From assembly GCA_024346625.1 (NCBI GenBank), contig AP024664.1, forward strand, positions 4,402,001 to 4,466,000: a DNA stretch of 64,000 nucleotides. Reading direction: 5' to 3'. The position numbers and the translations under genes were made by a program. This document shows, piece after piece, positions 1-11,396 of the stretch (its first letter is position 1; every line of letters begins with the position of its first letter). Under the pieces are notes generated by a model. It saw only the letters and a list, made by a program, of their open reading frames with translations, searched no databases and had not been told where the DNA came from. Origin of the DNA: Williopsis jadinii. Taxonomy: Eukaryota.

Positions 1-1475
1 AAAATACCCAAAAATTCAGACTTGGCCCTATTTGCCAGTTCTGCAGCTTCCCTGGCAGCAGTGTTTCTCTTAATAGAATCTCTCAAGTTGGAAACCATCT
101 GGTTGATTTTTGTCTTCAAGGTGTCCATTTCACCAGAGGCCTCAACTGTGATAAACTTTGTAAAATCACCATCAGTTGCAGCAGCAGTGATTTGCGCAAA
201 GGCACGCACTTGCGAAGTAAGGTTAGCAGCCATTACGTTCACATTTGTGATAATCTCCTTCCATAACCCATCAACATCAGAAACCTGCGCTTGCACGCCC
301 AATTTACCCTCAACACCAACATCTTTGGCCACACGTGTCACTTCGGAAACAAAAACTTGTAAGGAATCAACCATCTTGTTGATGGTATTCTTCAGTTCTA
401 AAATCTCACCTTGTGCAACAACGTCAATCTTTTGTGACAAGTCACCATGTGCAACAGCTGTAGTAACCGTCGCGATGGCACGCACTTGGTTTGTTAAGTT
501 TGTAGCCATTGCGTTGACGTTATCAGTGAGATCCTTCCATGCGCCTTCAACACCATTAACCACTGCTTGACCACCTAAAATACCCTTTATACCCACATCT
601 GTAGCCAGCGATGTAACTTCAAGGGCAAAAGTCTGCAAGGAGTCCACCATCTGGTTGATTGTTATCTTCAGTTCCAGTATCTCACCTTTACAATCTGCTG
701 TAACCTTTTTCGACAAGTCACCTTTCGCCACCGCTGTGGTGACGTTAGCGATATTTCTCACTTGGTTGGTCAAGTTTGTAGCCATAGCGTTGACGTTATC
801 GGTTAATTCCTTCCATATACCTTCTGCGCCAATGACAACAGCCTGACCCCCTAACCGTCCTTCAACTCCTGTTTCCCTGGATACCCTTGTGACTTCGAAA
901 GCAAATGTCTTCAATTGCGCCACCATTGTATTTATGATGTTTTGCAATTCGAGGATTTCACCTTGGGCGTGGACGTTGATCTTTTGACTCAAGTCACCTC
1001 CAGCGACGCCTCTAACCACTTCGACGATCTCTCTCACTTGGTTTGTCAAGTTCAGTGCCATAACGTTCATGTTATCGGATAAAAGCTTCCAGCAACCTTG
1101 AGCATCATCGATCTTCACCTGTCCACCAAGCTCACCGTGTGCCACCTCCGTAGCAATCTTCAATGTTTCATCAACAAAGCTCTGTATCTTATCAACCAAC
1201 CCGTTTATGGTGGTCTTCACAAGCCTAACTTCCTCATTGTCCTCCTCCTCATATGGAGCCTTTTGGGTCAAATCACCCTCTGATATCGACTTCAACAGCC
1301 CACCAACCTGCTGGGACACTTTCAAGAACTCGTCCGTCTGCCGCTTGAGACTGTCAAGCTCTTCATGGCACGCTTGCGATTGGATCAACAACTTGCGCAC
1401 CTCATCGGGATCGATTCTCTGAAGCGTTTGAGCAAATAGCTCCTTATCACCAAGTGTATCGAGCAGCTCTGTCAT
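1..1475 (-). CDS. NIK1: Group III hybrid histidine kinase (NIK1/Os-1 type), N-terminal poly-HAMP region; continues beyond window start
   Basis: Manual minus-strand translation from ATG 1475 ([14 protein letters not shown]...) gives repeated HAMP units ([38 protein letters not shown]) and reaches the start of the H-box, [13 protein letters not shown], at the window edge. It is missing from the ORF track because it has no stop in the window. Confidence 0.92.
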   Translation of the reverse strand, partial: MTELLDTLGDKELFAQTLQRIDPDEVRKLLIQSQACHEELDSLKRQTDEFLKVSQQVGGLLKSISEGDLTQKAPYEEEDNEEVRLVKTTINGLVDKIQSFVDETLKIATEVAHGELGGQVKIDDAQGCWKLLSDNMNVMALNLTNQVREIVEVVRGVAGGDLSQKINVHAQGEILELQNIINTMVAQLKTFAFEVTRVSRETGVEGRLGGQAVVIGAEGIWKELTDNVNAMATNLTNQVRNIANVTTAVAKGDLSKKVTADCKGEILELKITINQMVDSLQTFALEVTSLATDVGIKGILGGQAVVNGVEGAWKDLTDNVNAMATNLTNQVRAIATVTTAVAHGDLSQKIDVVAQGEILELKNTINKMVDSLQVFVSEVTRVAKDVGVEGKLGVQAQVSDVDGLWKEIITNVNVMAANLTSQVRAFAQITAAATDGDFTKFITVEASGEMDTLKTKINQMVSNLRDSIKRNTAAREAAELANRAKSEFLGI

Positions 1476-2076
1476 CCGGTGCTCGTTTCAAACTAAGCGC
1501 TTCAGGGGAAAGGGCTCAAGGACACAGCAACAGAGCAAGAGTACACGCTTTGTTTACCTTTTCGATTTTGTTTGTGCCCGGTATTTGTGCCTTTTTGGCG
1601 CCTTGTTTCAAGCCTTGATGATGGATACTCGAAAGGGGTAATTTTCGCGGAAATAGTCCTTAAATTCCTGCCAGGATTGAAGGGACCGCCCCAGGGCCAA
1701 GTGGCTTTTGTTTTCGTTATGACGTATGTCTCTGTTATGGGCCGTTCGTACAGGGACGGGGGACGTAATGGGATAGCGCGCACTGTGTGTACTAGCGAAG
1801 TTAAATGAAGCGAAATGTTGTCGGTTACTGTGAGTCGTTGTTGCCGATTCATATGACTACGTTTGACCGTTGGCTACGCGGCGGTGGCCACGAGATCATA
1901 AAGCCATGAACGACGGCCACTGACCATAACTGAAGCAGATCACCACGATTGGGTGTCCCATATCTTGATCACAGGGTGCATGCGTGGTGTAGGACGTTTA
2001 CTCTTCGGGGTTCGGCTTATAATCTTGGAGCTAGATCAACGTGACTATATACGTTTTACCATCAATGGCTTTTGTA

Positions 2077-2145
2077 TCGAGATTTACCGGAGCGTTAGCG
2101 AATGTCCAAATTTCGAAGCACAGTACCGAAGCACTACAGATCTAC
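2077..2145 (+). repeat. Hairpin-family motif copy 1 (loop plus right arm)
   Basis: tcgagattt-accggagcgttagcgaatgtcc-aaatttcgaagcacagtaccgaagcactacagatctac; the loop is close to the reverse complement of the loop at 15421-15442. Confidence 0.85.
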
Positions 2146-3339
2146 TTGTTTTACGTTTACAGATGTTAAACATGTGGCATATGGCTACCTTCTTCAGTAC
2201 GGCAAGAATGGAGTCTGCGATTTCCCCAGTAGCTCTCTACGATACAAATAAAGTCACGTATACTGCAACCTTTTGATTATAATTTCAGAAGCATGCTTGG
2301 TTTAATACACCTGCAGATCATAGGAGACTACCATTTCCAGCTTATTGTGGTGGATACAAGGACCAGATAAGGATGGAGCAAAGCATGGATCTAGGTAAAC
2401 AGTCTAGGTCAACCCAGGAACCTCAAATCACCCTTGAAGCATATATATCGTTGTAGTAGAGCAGGTTCCTGAGACCATCTATGTGCTTATGTATGGGTGT
2501 GTGTCCATACCAACATAGACTGAACTGGCCGTACTTCGCTCTTACCTCCACCCAGCCCTCTAATACTACCATGATTTCCTGGTCTCTGTAGAGCCCGCTG
2601 AAGGGTTCTATGAGATCTACGAGGAGTATGGTAGTACTGGGCTACTGACTGGGTGGGGGAATGGTACCGAAACACTACAATGGGCCATGCCGTGGTGGAT
2701 ACCGTACAACTGCATCTGTACGTAATCCCTCCAGATGGCCCGCGCTATATAAAACTGATTCTGTCAACAGCAAAAGACTAAGAAGTGACAGGTGTTCAGT
2801 CCTGTATCAGCACCAGTTGAAGCAAAGGCAAGTCATTGTGGACGTCAGCGAAGTCTGCCAATATGGTACTGGTTTGCCCAGAGCACAGAATCATATGGGG
2901 GTCGCCTTGCCAATCAACTGTACCCACACACCAACACCCACATTCAGCGTTCTAACTTCTGGAAACAGGACCTGATACACCAGCAATCTTCAACAACTGT
3001 TTCTGTGTTAATAGTATCTTCTTAACGATAATGTAGCAGCAGTGTTGTCAATTTGACCAGAATATAACAGCACTCGCATGCTATCTTCAACATCGTAGCA
3101 GTACTCAGTTATAGAACCATCCACACCTTCACTGTGATCATTCCAGTATCCTCATTCCTGCTTGAGACCAGCCACACCAGGTTAAAGCTGTCCAGGCTTT
3201 TACCAGGTGACCATTCTCCAGCAGGGTCTCACTAAGAACTCTGGAGCCTGTCCCACCAGTTAGATGTCCATGTTTCTAACTGGAAACTCATCGTTCAAAG
3301 CGAAACCCCATCAGCCATCGAACCCATGGATACATCACT
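2108..3339 (+). repeat. ~1.23 kb direct repeat, copy A (partner at 15443-16710)
   Basis: Near-identical to 15443-16710 from aaatttcgaagcacagtaccg to ...cccatggatacatcact. Contains a TATATAAAA box near 2746. Duplicated spurious ORFs in the track (NFEAQYRSTTDLLVLRLQ..., FRYHSPTQSVAQYY...) confirm the duplication. Confidence 0.97.
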
Positions 3340-3829
3340 GGAATGAAGGACTGAATGGTAGAAAGAGAGAAGAATTGAAAGAGAGGAATTGAAATAAATA
3401 CCAAATATAGTACACAAAAGTGCTTTTGTAACTGATACATATCTTTGTGCTACGAATGACACATAGATATACTTTCCACCACCGGAAGTGATGCCATAAT
3501 TACAACGGAGAGCTATAGCAAGAGAGGCTTCCCACCTTAGTAAGCTCCCATACTCATCATCTCTCTTTGTACGGTCCTTTTTGTCCATACACCAACATGT
3601 TCCAAAATTAAGTGTTCGGATTAGAACATTTTCTATGATACATTTACAGACTACTAAGCAACAGGTGGTGCTAGTCCATCAATCATTTGCAGTTGGAAGC
3701 TCCCTCAATAAAGCATGAATGAGCATCTACTATTTAAAATGATACAAATAGAATGATACTAATAAAACTAGCACACCAGCCTTCATATTTCCCCAAAGTA
3801 TATCAAATTGTAGCCAACACTCCAACTAA

Positions 3830-4550
3830 GAGAGCTGCAAAGTATGGGCATTTAATCTTCAAAACAGCCTGAGATATAGCCATTCATAGTTTGTATGGTA
3901 TAATTCAGTAAAACGCATGGATTTGCTTATATCTCAACAACGAAACAAAATTAAGAAATCCTACTATCACACACTAGAACTAATCTCTATCATTCTATAC
4001 ACCGATTCTTGACTTGCTTGGATGAGCTTTCCCATAAAGTTGGTAGCATGATAGCTCAAGAAAATGGTCAAGAGAAATTTGCAGAAATTTATACACTAGA
4101 TCCAGGATTGGCTACAAATCGTCATCTTGAATTGCTTAGAGGTGTTCTTCAAAACGATGAAGAATATAATAAACTTGAGGACTACATTAGTAAAATTGGT
4201 GAATTTCTATCTTAAAACAATCGTTATGCACAGCTGTTATACACAGCTAGATAGATTGTTCAACAGGGAACAACAGAGATGGGATTAACCAGAGAAGAGG
4301 CTGTTGTTGAATTTACCAATATTGGTCCAACAGCACCAACAAGTCCAGCACATAGTACTTCTTTATTACCAGAGGTTAAAGTGTTTGGTTTGGTGAGCAG
4401 AAGCAATAACAGCAGATCCTTCAATTTCAGTACGTATAAAGGAAACATCTACAGGTGGCTTCACTTTTATCAATACTATGTACAAGAGTGTTTTTTGCTC
4501 TTTGAGATGTCCTCTTTTAATAAATAAAGGACGAGACAATTCTTTCCCAT
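3830..4550 (+). pseudogene. Decayed Helitron Rep/helicase N-terminal region
   Basis: In order: GFAYIS...LSHKVGSMIAQENGQEKFAEIYTLDP...FLS*NNRYAQLLYTAR*...LPEVKVF...SLRCPLLINKG. These match Helitron Rep motifs FAFTS, YHRIGSL..P....PKFAQLYIYD, L...NPY...F..AR, P..EVA and PLQYPLLFP.G. In-frame stops and a frameshift are present. Confidence 0.75.
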
Positions 4551-4723
4551 ACTAACAGGACATAGACTAGTACCACTCTAACTATCCACACCATACACAG
4601 GCTTGCAACTACATATACGAAATCTTATGCTACAGTTTTAGAAGGCTCTTTAGGCGTTGATTTCGTGAGTTTCAAAAAATCATCATCCTAATTAAACTGA
4701 GGGACTAAGCAGACCCCGCAGCG

Positions 4724-4822
4724 CAAGTTGTTTGCGATTCTAGCGCGGATTTGAGGTTTACCGGAACGTTAGCGAAGGTTCAAGTAGCATTCACCGTACT
4801 GAAGCTCTACAGATCAACTTGT
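4724..4822 (+). repeat. Hairpin-family motif copy 2 (diverged, opposite orientation to 15384-15449)
   Basis: tttaccggaacgttagcgaaggttcaagtagcattcaccgtactgaagctctacagatcaac aligns to the reverse complement of 15384-15445. Confidence 0.85.
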
Positions 4823-5349
4823 AGGGGGCATTAAATATCTCTTTTCCGCAGTCAAGGCAAAAGGTTGAGCCATTTTAAACGTTACCACCATCGCGCTTCA
4901 GGTATCCGAAAAACAGCATAAAATGTAGTACAAAATTACTAGGCAAAAGTATTTGCAAAAGTAGTTAAAATAGAATGATTGAAGATATAGGGAGGTTGGA
5001 TTTTGTTATTATGCAGTTTTTACGGTATATACTTAGAGTCTTTGTTACATTTTGGAGAATAAGAAACAATTTTATTTTGAATTAACAATAAAAATGCATG
5101 AATAATGCAAGAAAATGAAAAGGAATAATTTGAACTAAAATATAAACTGGAACAAGTATAAATCTAAAAAAGGAATATATAAGTTTCCCATTTTTCCATT
5201 AAAAATCTCTGATAAAGCTATTAGAAACTTGAAATATTATGTTTTCTTTGAACCTTTTACCTTAGTAATTTAGTGCAATTAGAGGAATTACCATTGGCAT
5301 CTGCGGTCCCAAATTTTTTCATCTACACACTACACCTAAACCTCATGGT

Positions 5350-7628
5350 TAACAATAACGCAGACGCAAAACAAATTCCAAGAGGGAACGTAAACGAGTC
5401 AATAGACCAAACAACAAATACGTGTGGTTAACACAAATCATTGTCAACCATAATGGCTCTACTAGACCAGAACCTTTTTGTACAGCGATCTCCTTGGATG
5501 ATTAATATGCTCGCTTCTGTGAAGAAGAAGATATCAGCTTCACCAGTGACAGAGCAAAAGCTCCTAAAGGAACATCTAAAGGAATATAACCATTATGGCC
5601 AAGCGTGACTTGTGTTGTTCATCAGTCTTGAAACAGCTTTTATTTCCTCATAAGGAATCTATTAAGTGATCTGAGAAGACGCTTTGTCGAATTCAACATT
5701 TTACAACAATTGGAAGATTCCATAAGTGATCAGTCTGAAGATAGTTCTGCAGCCAATTCTCAGGGTGAAAAGATGGTGCTGAACAATCTGGCAGTCCCTT
5801 CTAATAAGAGGAGCACTACTCGGGAGGGTGACAAGAAGATAAATTTCAATCCTGACAAAGCAACAGGGTTGTTGAAAGCTGCTGTAAATATCTCAGAGCT
5901 AACCTCTTCAGCGTTCCATTTAATATCACTTTCGCAGGATGAAATCAAATACATCTACTTCTCCAACTCTATTGATGACAAACTCTACGAAAGTTTGGCA
6001 CCAACACTCTCATTAGATGCTTACCATTCGTCTTTATAAAACAGTCAGGGATACAAAGAGGATTTTTTCACATTATACACTATTGTTGGCCAAGCTGGGT
6101 CCAAGGGACTTGTTCCTCTGGGTGTGATGCTTTCGAGAATGCAGAATGTAGATTAGAATGGTTTTCCTTACTGTACACATTTTCCAGGAAGAATGGTGGA
6201 TCGCATTGGAAGAATCTACAAGAATCTCTGCAATTACATAATTCTGGTACCACTGAAGAGAGCATTCCTCCATTACAAATCATATCAGATCAGGATAAGG
6301 GTATCAAGAAGGCCTTGGATGTGTTGGGAACCCAGTGTGGTGTTCTGATAGAGAGCTTCGCATGCTCCAAACATATCAAAAGAGATCTCTTCAAGTGCAC
6401 AATCGCTAAGCATAGAAGGGTTATGAAAAATAACGTTTCCGGTTCATATTTGAATCTTATACCGAAATGGTACGTCTAATCCAAGAAAGAATGAAGGGGG
6501 TTTTCTTTGGGAGGCATAAGAGGGAGAAAGTCAACTGTACTTATAATCTCGTCACCCACATGCAAGACTGTGCCAGAGGTCTTCAACTTTACAATTCGGT
6601 GACTCCAATGCTTGATATCGTGACATCCAACCGTTGTGAGATTTTGAATGCAGAGATGTACGCAGAGTCTATGACCTTTGATTGGAATACAGTAGAACAG
6701 GCCTCTGGAAATGATGCTGAAGTGAATGATGCAAGCGTTTCAGATGACATGAGCGACTCTGTTGATGATGAGGAAGAACCAGAAGATGCTGGGATGCTCA
6801 CAAACCATGGCTCTTTGTTGTACTCAACCAATTTCATCACCTCTTGTTTAAATAGCAAAGAGACTAGGATAATTGTTAATAGGAGACCACCTGTAACACA
6901 AATGACGACTCACAAGCGTAGTACATTGTAGGACTATGATTTGTCTCTTCAGGAGCTTTTAAAGGTGTTGCAAAATATGCGAAAAAGATGAGAAGACGTG
7001 ATTCGTTTGTCAACTCTCGTGCTTATGTTTATCATCAATTGCGACTCTGAAGAGCCATTGTTACTGAAAAGCGATGCACCATATCAAAAGAGGTGAAAAT
7101 GGGAGTAAAGTCTACGTACAGCTGTTCCCATTGTCGCAATCAAGCGTATACATTCTTCGAATGTCCTCATATTACTTGTGTGAAGATGAGAAGGGCCCTC
7201 AACGGCCACGCCTTTATCCCATCAATGCCCCGACTTGCCAGTTATATTCTCTATGAATATAGTAGAGAGAAGAACTCCCGTTAATGTCCATCAATAGTTC
7301 GACACAAGAGCTGTTCTTCAATAGCCAATCGATGTATCATACGGAAGACGGCGTCTCAAACTTCCATGTCAGCGGTGAAGACACTCAACAAAGTGGCTCT
7401 ACTGAAGACGGTTTAAGTCTTACAAGATCATCACGACACTATGCAGCGACTCAAAGAGAACACAAGAACAACCAGGGAATCGTATACGCTTCCAATAGAA
7501 TTCCTTCCGCAGCTGAGAAGAAGAGAGGAAGAGGACGGCCAAGGAAGTCAGAACAGAAGAGCAATCACAAGACTAAAAAGTTTATGAAAGAAGCTGAGGC
7601 TGGTCAAATGAACCTGCATCCAGCATAA
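5350..7628 (+). pseudogene. Decayed Mutator/MULE-like transposase with SWIM-like zinc finger and AT-hook
   Basis: ISFTSDRAKA...LWPSVTCVVH at 5533-5622 (second D plus CxxH of the MULE DDE domain); LIESF..SKHIK near 6345-6380 (third catalytic E context); YSCSHC...ECPH in the 7093-7284 ORF; RGRGRPRK AT-hook in 7284-7628. Broken into many ORF fragments. Confidence 0.62.
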
Positions 7629-8479
7629 GATGGCTTTCGTACAGACTCATCACAGAGCACTATAATGATCAATGTGCTTTTGATAGTTCTTCAGTTGTAT
7701 TAACCAACCATATTTTACCAGAAGAGCCCGGCTGTTTCCCCCCTGTATCCATAGAAACAAACTACTACTGCCTCATTTCTGCCCACTACTACTCAACATA
7801 CCGCATATTATTGCATAAGGCAGCACAAAGGCAGGGACAACAAGTACCAGGCGAGCCATCCGCGTGAAGAAATTCTGCTGCGATCAGCAAACACGCTTAT
7901 TTTGCTGTTTATACGCCGTCCTGCACCATGATTTAGCCGTAGATATCCACCCCTTCAATGAAGCCCTATGAATGAGTCCATTGTACCCAATAGCCACCAA
8001 GCGACCGTTACGCAGTACCTACCAAATTACGGCCATGGTTGAGCAAAATGCTCGCTTGGTGTCTGGTATTAAGCAGCTATAGTTCTCGAATACTTCCTCC
8101 GAATTTGATACACGATTTGAGGCAGGGTTTGAAGCAAGCCTTGGTTAATGTAGGCTACAATATCGTGCTTCCTGAAACAGCATTGGTTTGTTAATCTAAA
8201 GGTTATCTCCTCTGATCAATAGTTAGATTCGAAATTAGTTTTCAAAGTCAAATTGAGCTGTGCCTGACCTTTTAGTTACGCTGCAAGCCTTAGGGTTAAG
8301 GATATTTAACAGCTATATGAGGCAGGAGATTAAACCGTATTAAGTTCAACAAAAAGATAAACAAGAAGTTCAGATTTCAATGTAAGTAAATGAATAATCT
8401 TTCAATGACAGTTCTTCTCAGTACTACATACCTCCAGAAGCGTTTCAACTTAAAATGTCTAGTAAATGTTGATGTTCAT

Positions 8480-10680
8480 TGAGGGTTGCTTTTTCGTAGC
8501 TGGCTTGAAACGTGAACATAAAAGAGGGAGAATGTATCACTATGCGTTGTTGCAGATACATTTGGGTTTGAGGCTCAGATCGCCAAACAGGCATAACTTT
8601 GAACTTTGCCGCACTTGCCTAATCTTATGCGTGCTGAAGATCTTCACTCGTCTCCCTCATAGTCTCGCTGTAAGACAATCACAGAACATCTTGGTAAATC
8701 GTTTTAAGGGCTTGATTCCGTGTTGAGTTTCTCCATCGAATGATATATACATGAAGTTAAATGTGCCGTCTTTCTAGAGTTCCATTTGGGCGTTGTTTCT
8801 AGCAGTCTGTGTGATTGAGGTTAGACAAAAGTAGAATAGGAAGTGCCATTCATAGGTACATTATGCGAAGAATCGTCATCAGAACAACTGGATGATCGAA
8901 ACACTTGCCCTCTTTTGCACTATTGCTCATTCTGGCCTATAGTCACCACTTTCACTTAGTGTTGGGCATGTCAATACCACCGATTGTCGAAAGCTGGAAC
9001 ATTCAGGGTACAACGAGAATCCAGGAAAATCCTCAAACATCAACTGAATGTTTCTGCATTTACTGATCGACAAAAACCACGGTTTCCATATATTATCGAG
9101 CGATGTGAGCTAAACGCTAGAGTATGGAAATTAAAGACGTGTGATACCAAGCACATAGTAGTTGGCTTTCCTGACAACCACTTCTAGTCGCAAAGCTTCT
9201 CAGATAGTTTCAAAAATAACCCAACAATTGTACAAAGAGCCACGTATTTCGAAAATTTCCATTAATGATCAAAAAATCGACAATAATTGTTCAGTTGAGA
9301 CTCCTATGAACTATGATACTGAGCGCGTAGGCCTTAAGTTGCGTAGTAGTGAAAGTGCTGGAAGGTTGGTGATGACTACAAATTTGCTAAGGCGTCTTGT
9401 GGGACATTTTCCGCGAGTATAACGTTGTGAAGTGTAAAGCCCCACATATAATGTGCAGATATCACATTCCACAGATATCCATCGTAGACTGAGACTTCGC
9501 ATACAAGGCGTGCTTGCGTTTGTAAGTTTAGGGTAATACTGTATTGTTCGTTTGTGTTGGAGCCCAACAGTTGCATTTGTTAGGAAAGCCATAATAAAGT
9601 CAAAATCACAATGCAAAAACTGCAACAAAATGTATCGCAAACAGACTCTCTACAAAGATCACGATTCGAATACTAATACATATTCTCTGTTTCTCTAAAT
9701 AACCCCAAAGAGACTCACAGTTACAGCGACAGTGTGGAACGGTTCAACATGGAAACTCTCAATTGAAGAGCAGTATACCTGAGAGACGAGAATGTGTTCA
9801 AGGTTTCAGTACTTCATACCCAAAAGGGGCCAACGTCGATCAGCAAGTAGTGGGAGCTGTCCGCAGCCTTTCCTTTTGTTGTTGGATCATTTAATACAAG
9901 TCTATTGCCAGAATATTGGACATCTAATACACTTAACAGATAACCAACTACTTAATTCCACTTACACAATGTGACGCATTGCTTGTACTCGAATGAACAG
10001 GTAACATATTCTTTCAGAATGCGCTTCTAGGCTATCTTGTACTTCAAAGAGCTTACAGAGTTAACAGGTCGTAGCATAATACAATCCATATGTGAAAAAA
10101 GCCGTGTGTGATGTACAGCTCAATACAATTGTATTTCCCTTTTTGGAATAGAACCTTTCCTGCACCATTTTTTTGGGAAATACTACATATGTTTGGCGAT
10201 GTACGTCCTTGTCTCAGTTATGGCATCTTCTGCATAATGCAAAATTCTTTTCACTGCCTTTTTTGCTCGGATGAGCAACCTCGGATCGATCGTTGACAAA
10301 CTTTTTAACGAAAGATTTCTATTCCCCCTTGGTTGTGCCCATAGAGAGAGATTCAATAGTCAAACCACCTAAACTAGCTCCGTAGATCACACATTCTTCG
10401 TCTTTTCTATTTCTTAATAAGCGCACTAGCTTGTACTGAACCTCACATGCTCTCGCCTACAATATGATGCGCAAAGTTTACACGGGTTCCCAAACTGGTG
10501 ATAGACATGGCAAGTTGTTAATCTTGCATTGCTGATACAACGGTGAAGTACTTGCGGGAATTTTAGGGGCGCAGATGGTCTGTGTGTATTGAGCCAATTG
10601 AAAGCTGAGCTTGACCTCCTAGATTTGCTTGTGAGATCAGACAGCCTTGAATTTCTCACGCGTTTGGTGTGCCTCATTTA
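8480..10680 (-). pseudogene. Decayed coding remnant, possibly a tyrosine recombinase
   Basis: Minus-strand fragments in catalytic order: HYYAT*GLRAQ (~9325), RNIQLMF...FSLYP (~9050), FSTHKIR (8618-8638), HSDTFSLFY (8518-8544). Cys/His clusters lie upstream (CHVYH...CKLC, LCRRCH). Multiple frameshifts are required. Confidence 0.38.
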
Positions 10681-11396
10681 TAGGCTATAGTACTACAGAA
10701 ATAAAGGGTATAAAGCACAAGGAGCTGAAGAAACAGTGTCCAGAGAGGGTAAAGGCATCAATGAAGCTATAGGCTGATAAGCATTGTGGCATCGTATGAT
10801 TCCCCGTGTGAAAAATCAAATTCATTCTCCAAACAGCCTCACAAGGTTGATATGTCGTAATTGATTTACTTTCCATAGTCCTCCATAACATCAGTGCCCA
10901 GTGTAAATCCATAGAATATGGACCGATCATGCCCTATTTGTTACAATAAAAAGCAAACAAAGAACGTATTCTATACATTGGCTTTCATTCATGTTTTTCG
11001 GGTATGCAGAAATTGCGTATAATACACGCCTCTATGTACATTCACAAGAAATCTCCTCGTCACATTTGCCCACCATACACAGGAAAGGAGAAGATGCGCC
11101 TGCTTCTATGCACATTCCGGTCGTCGAGTGTCAGATCTGACAGCCCGTGTTTCCCATATCTAGGGTTCCATGCTGTAAGTTGGAGATGTAGGGCTCTAGA
11201 ATGTGCATCGTGATTTTGGGTCCTTATTGGGCATCTCGTATGCATAACTGCTAGCTACATTCTATATTTCATTGGAACGTTTCTTATTCCAGAAACTTCC
11301 AAAATAGTATATAAGTTTCCAATATCTCTCTCAGTTTTCTCATCTTTCAGAGAGGACTCCTTTCTGTTTCTTCACAGAGTCACTGGTTAAGGGAGC

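Noticed and set aside
22..1422. Plus-strand ORFs at the window start
   Set aside because: Antisense shadows of the NIK1 HAMP repeats.
1953..3025. Short ORFs within the direct repeats as real genes
   Set aside because: Their starts and frames differ between the two copies and no domain is recognisable.
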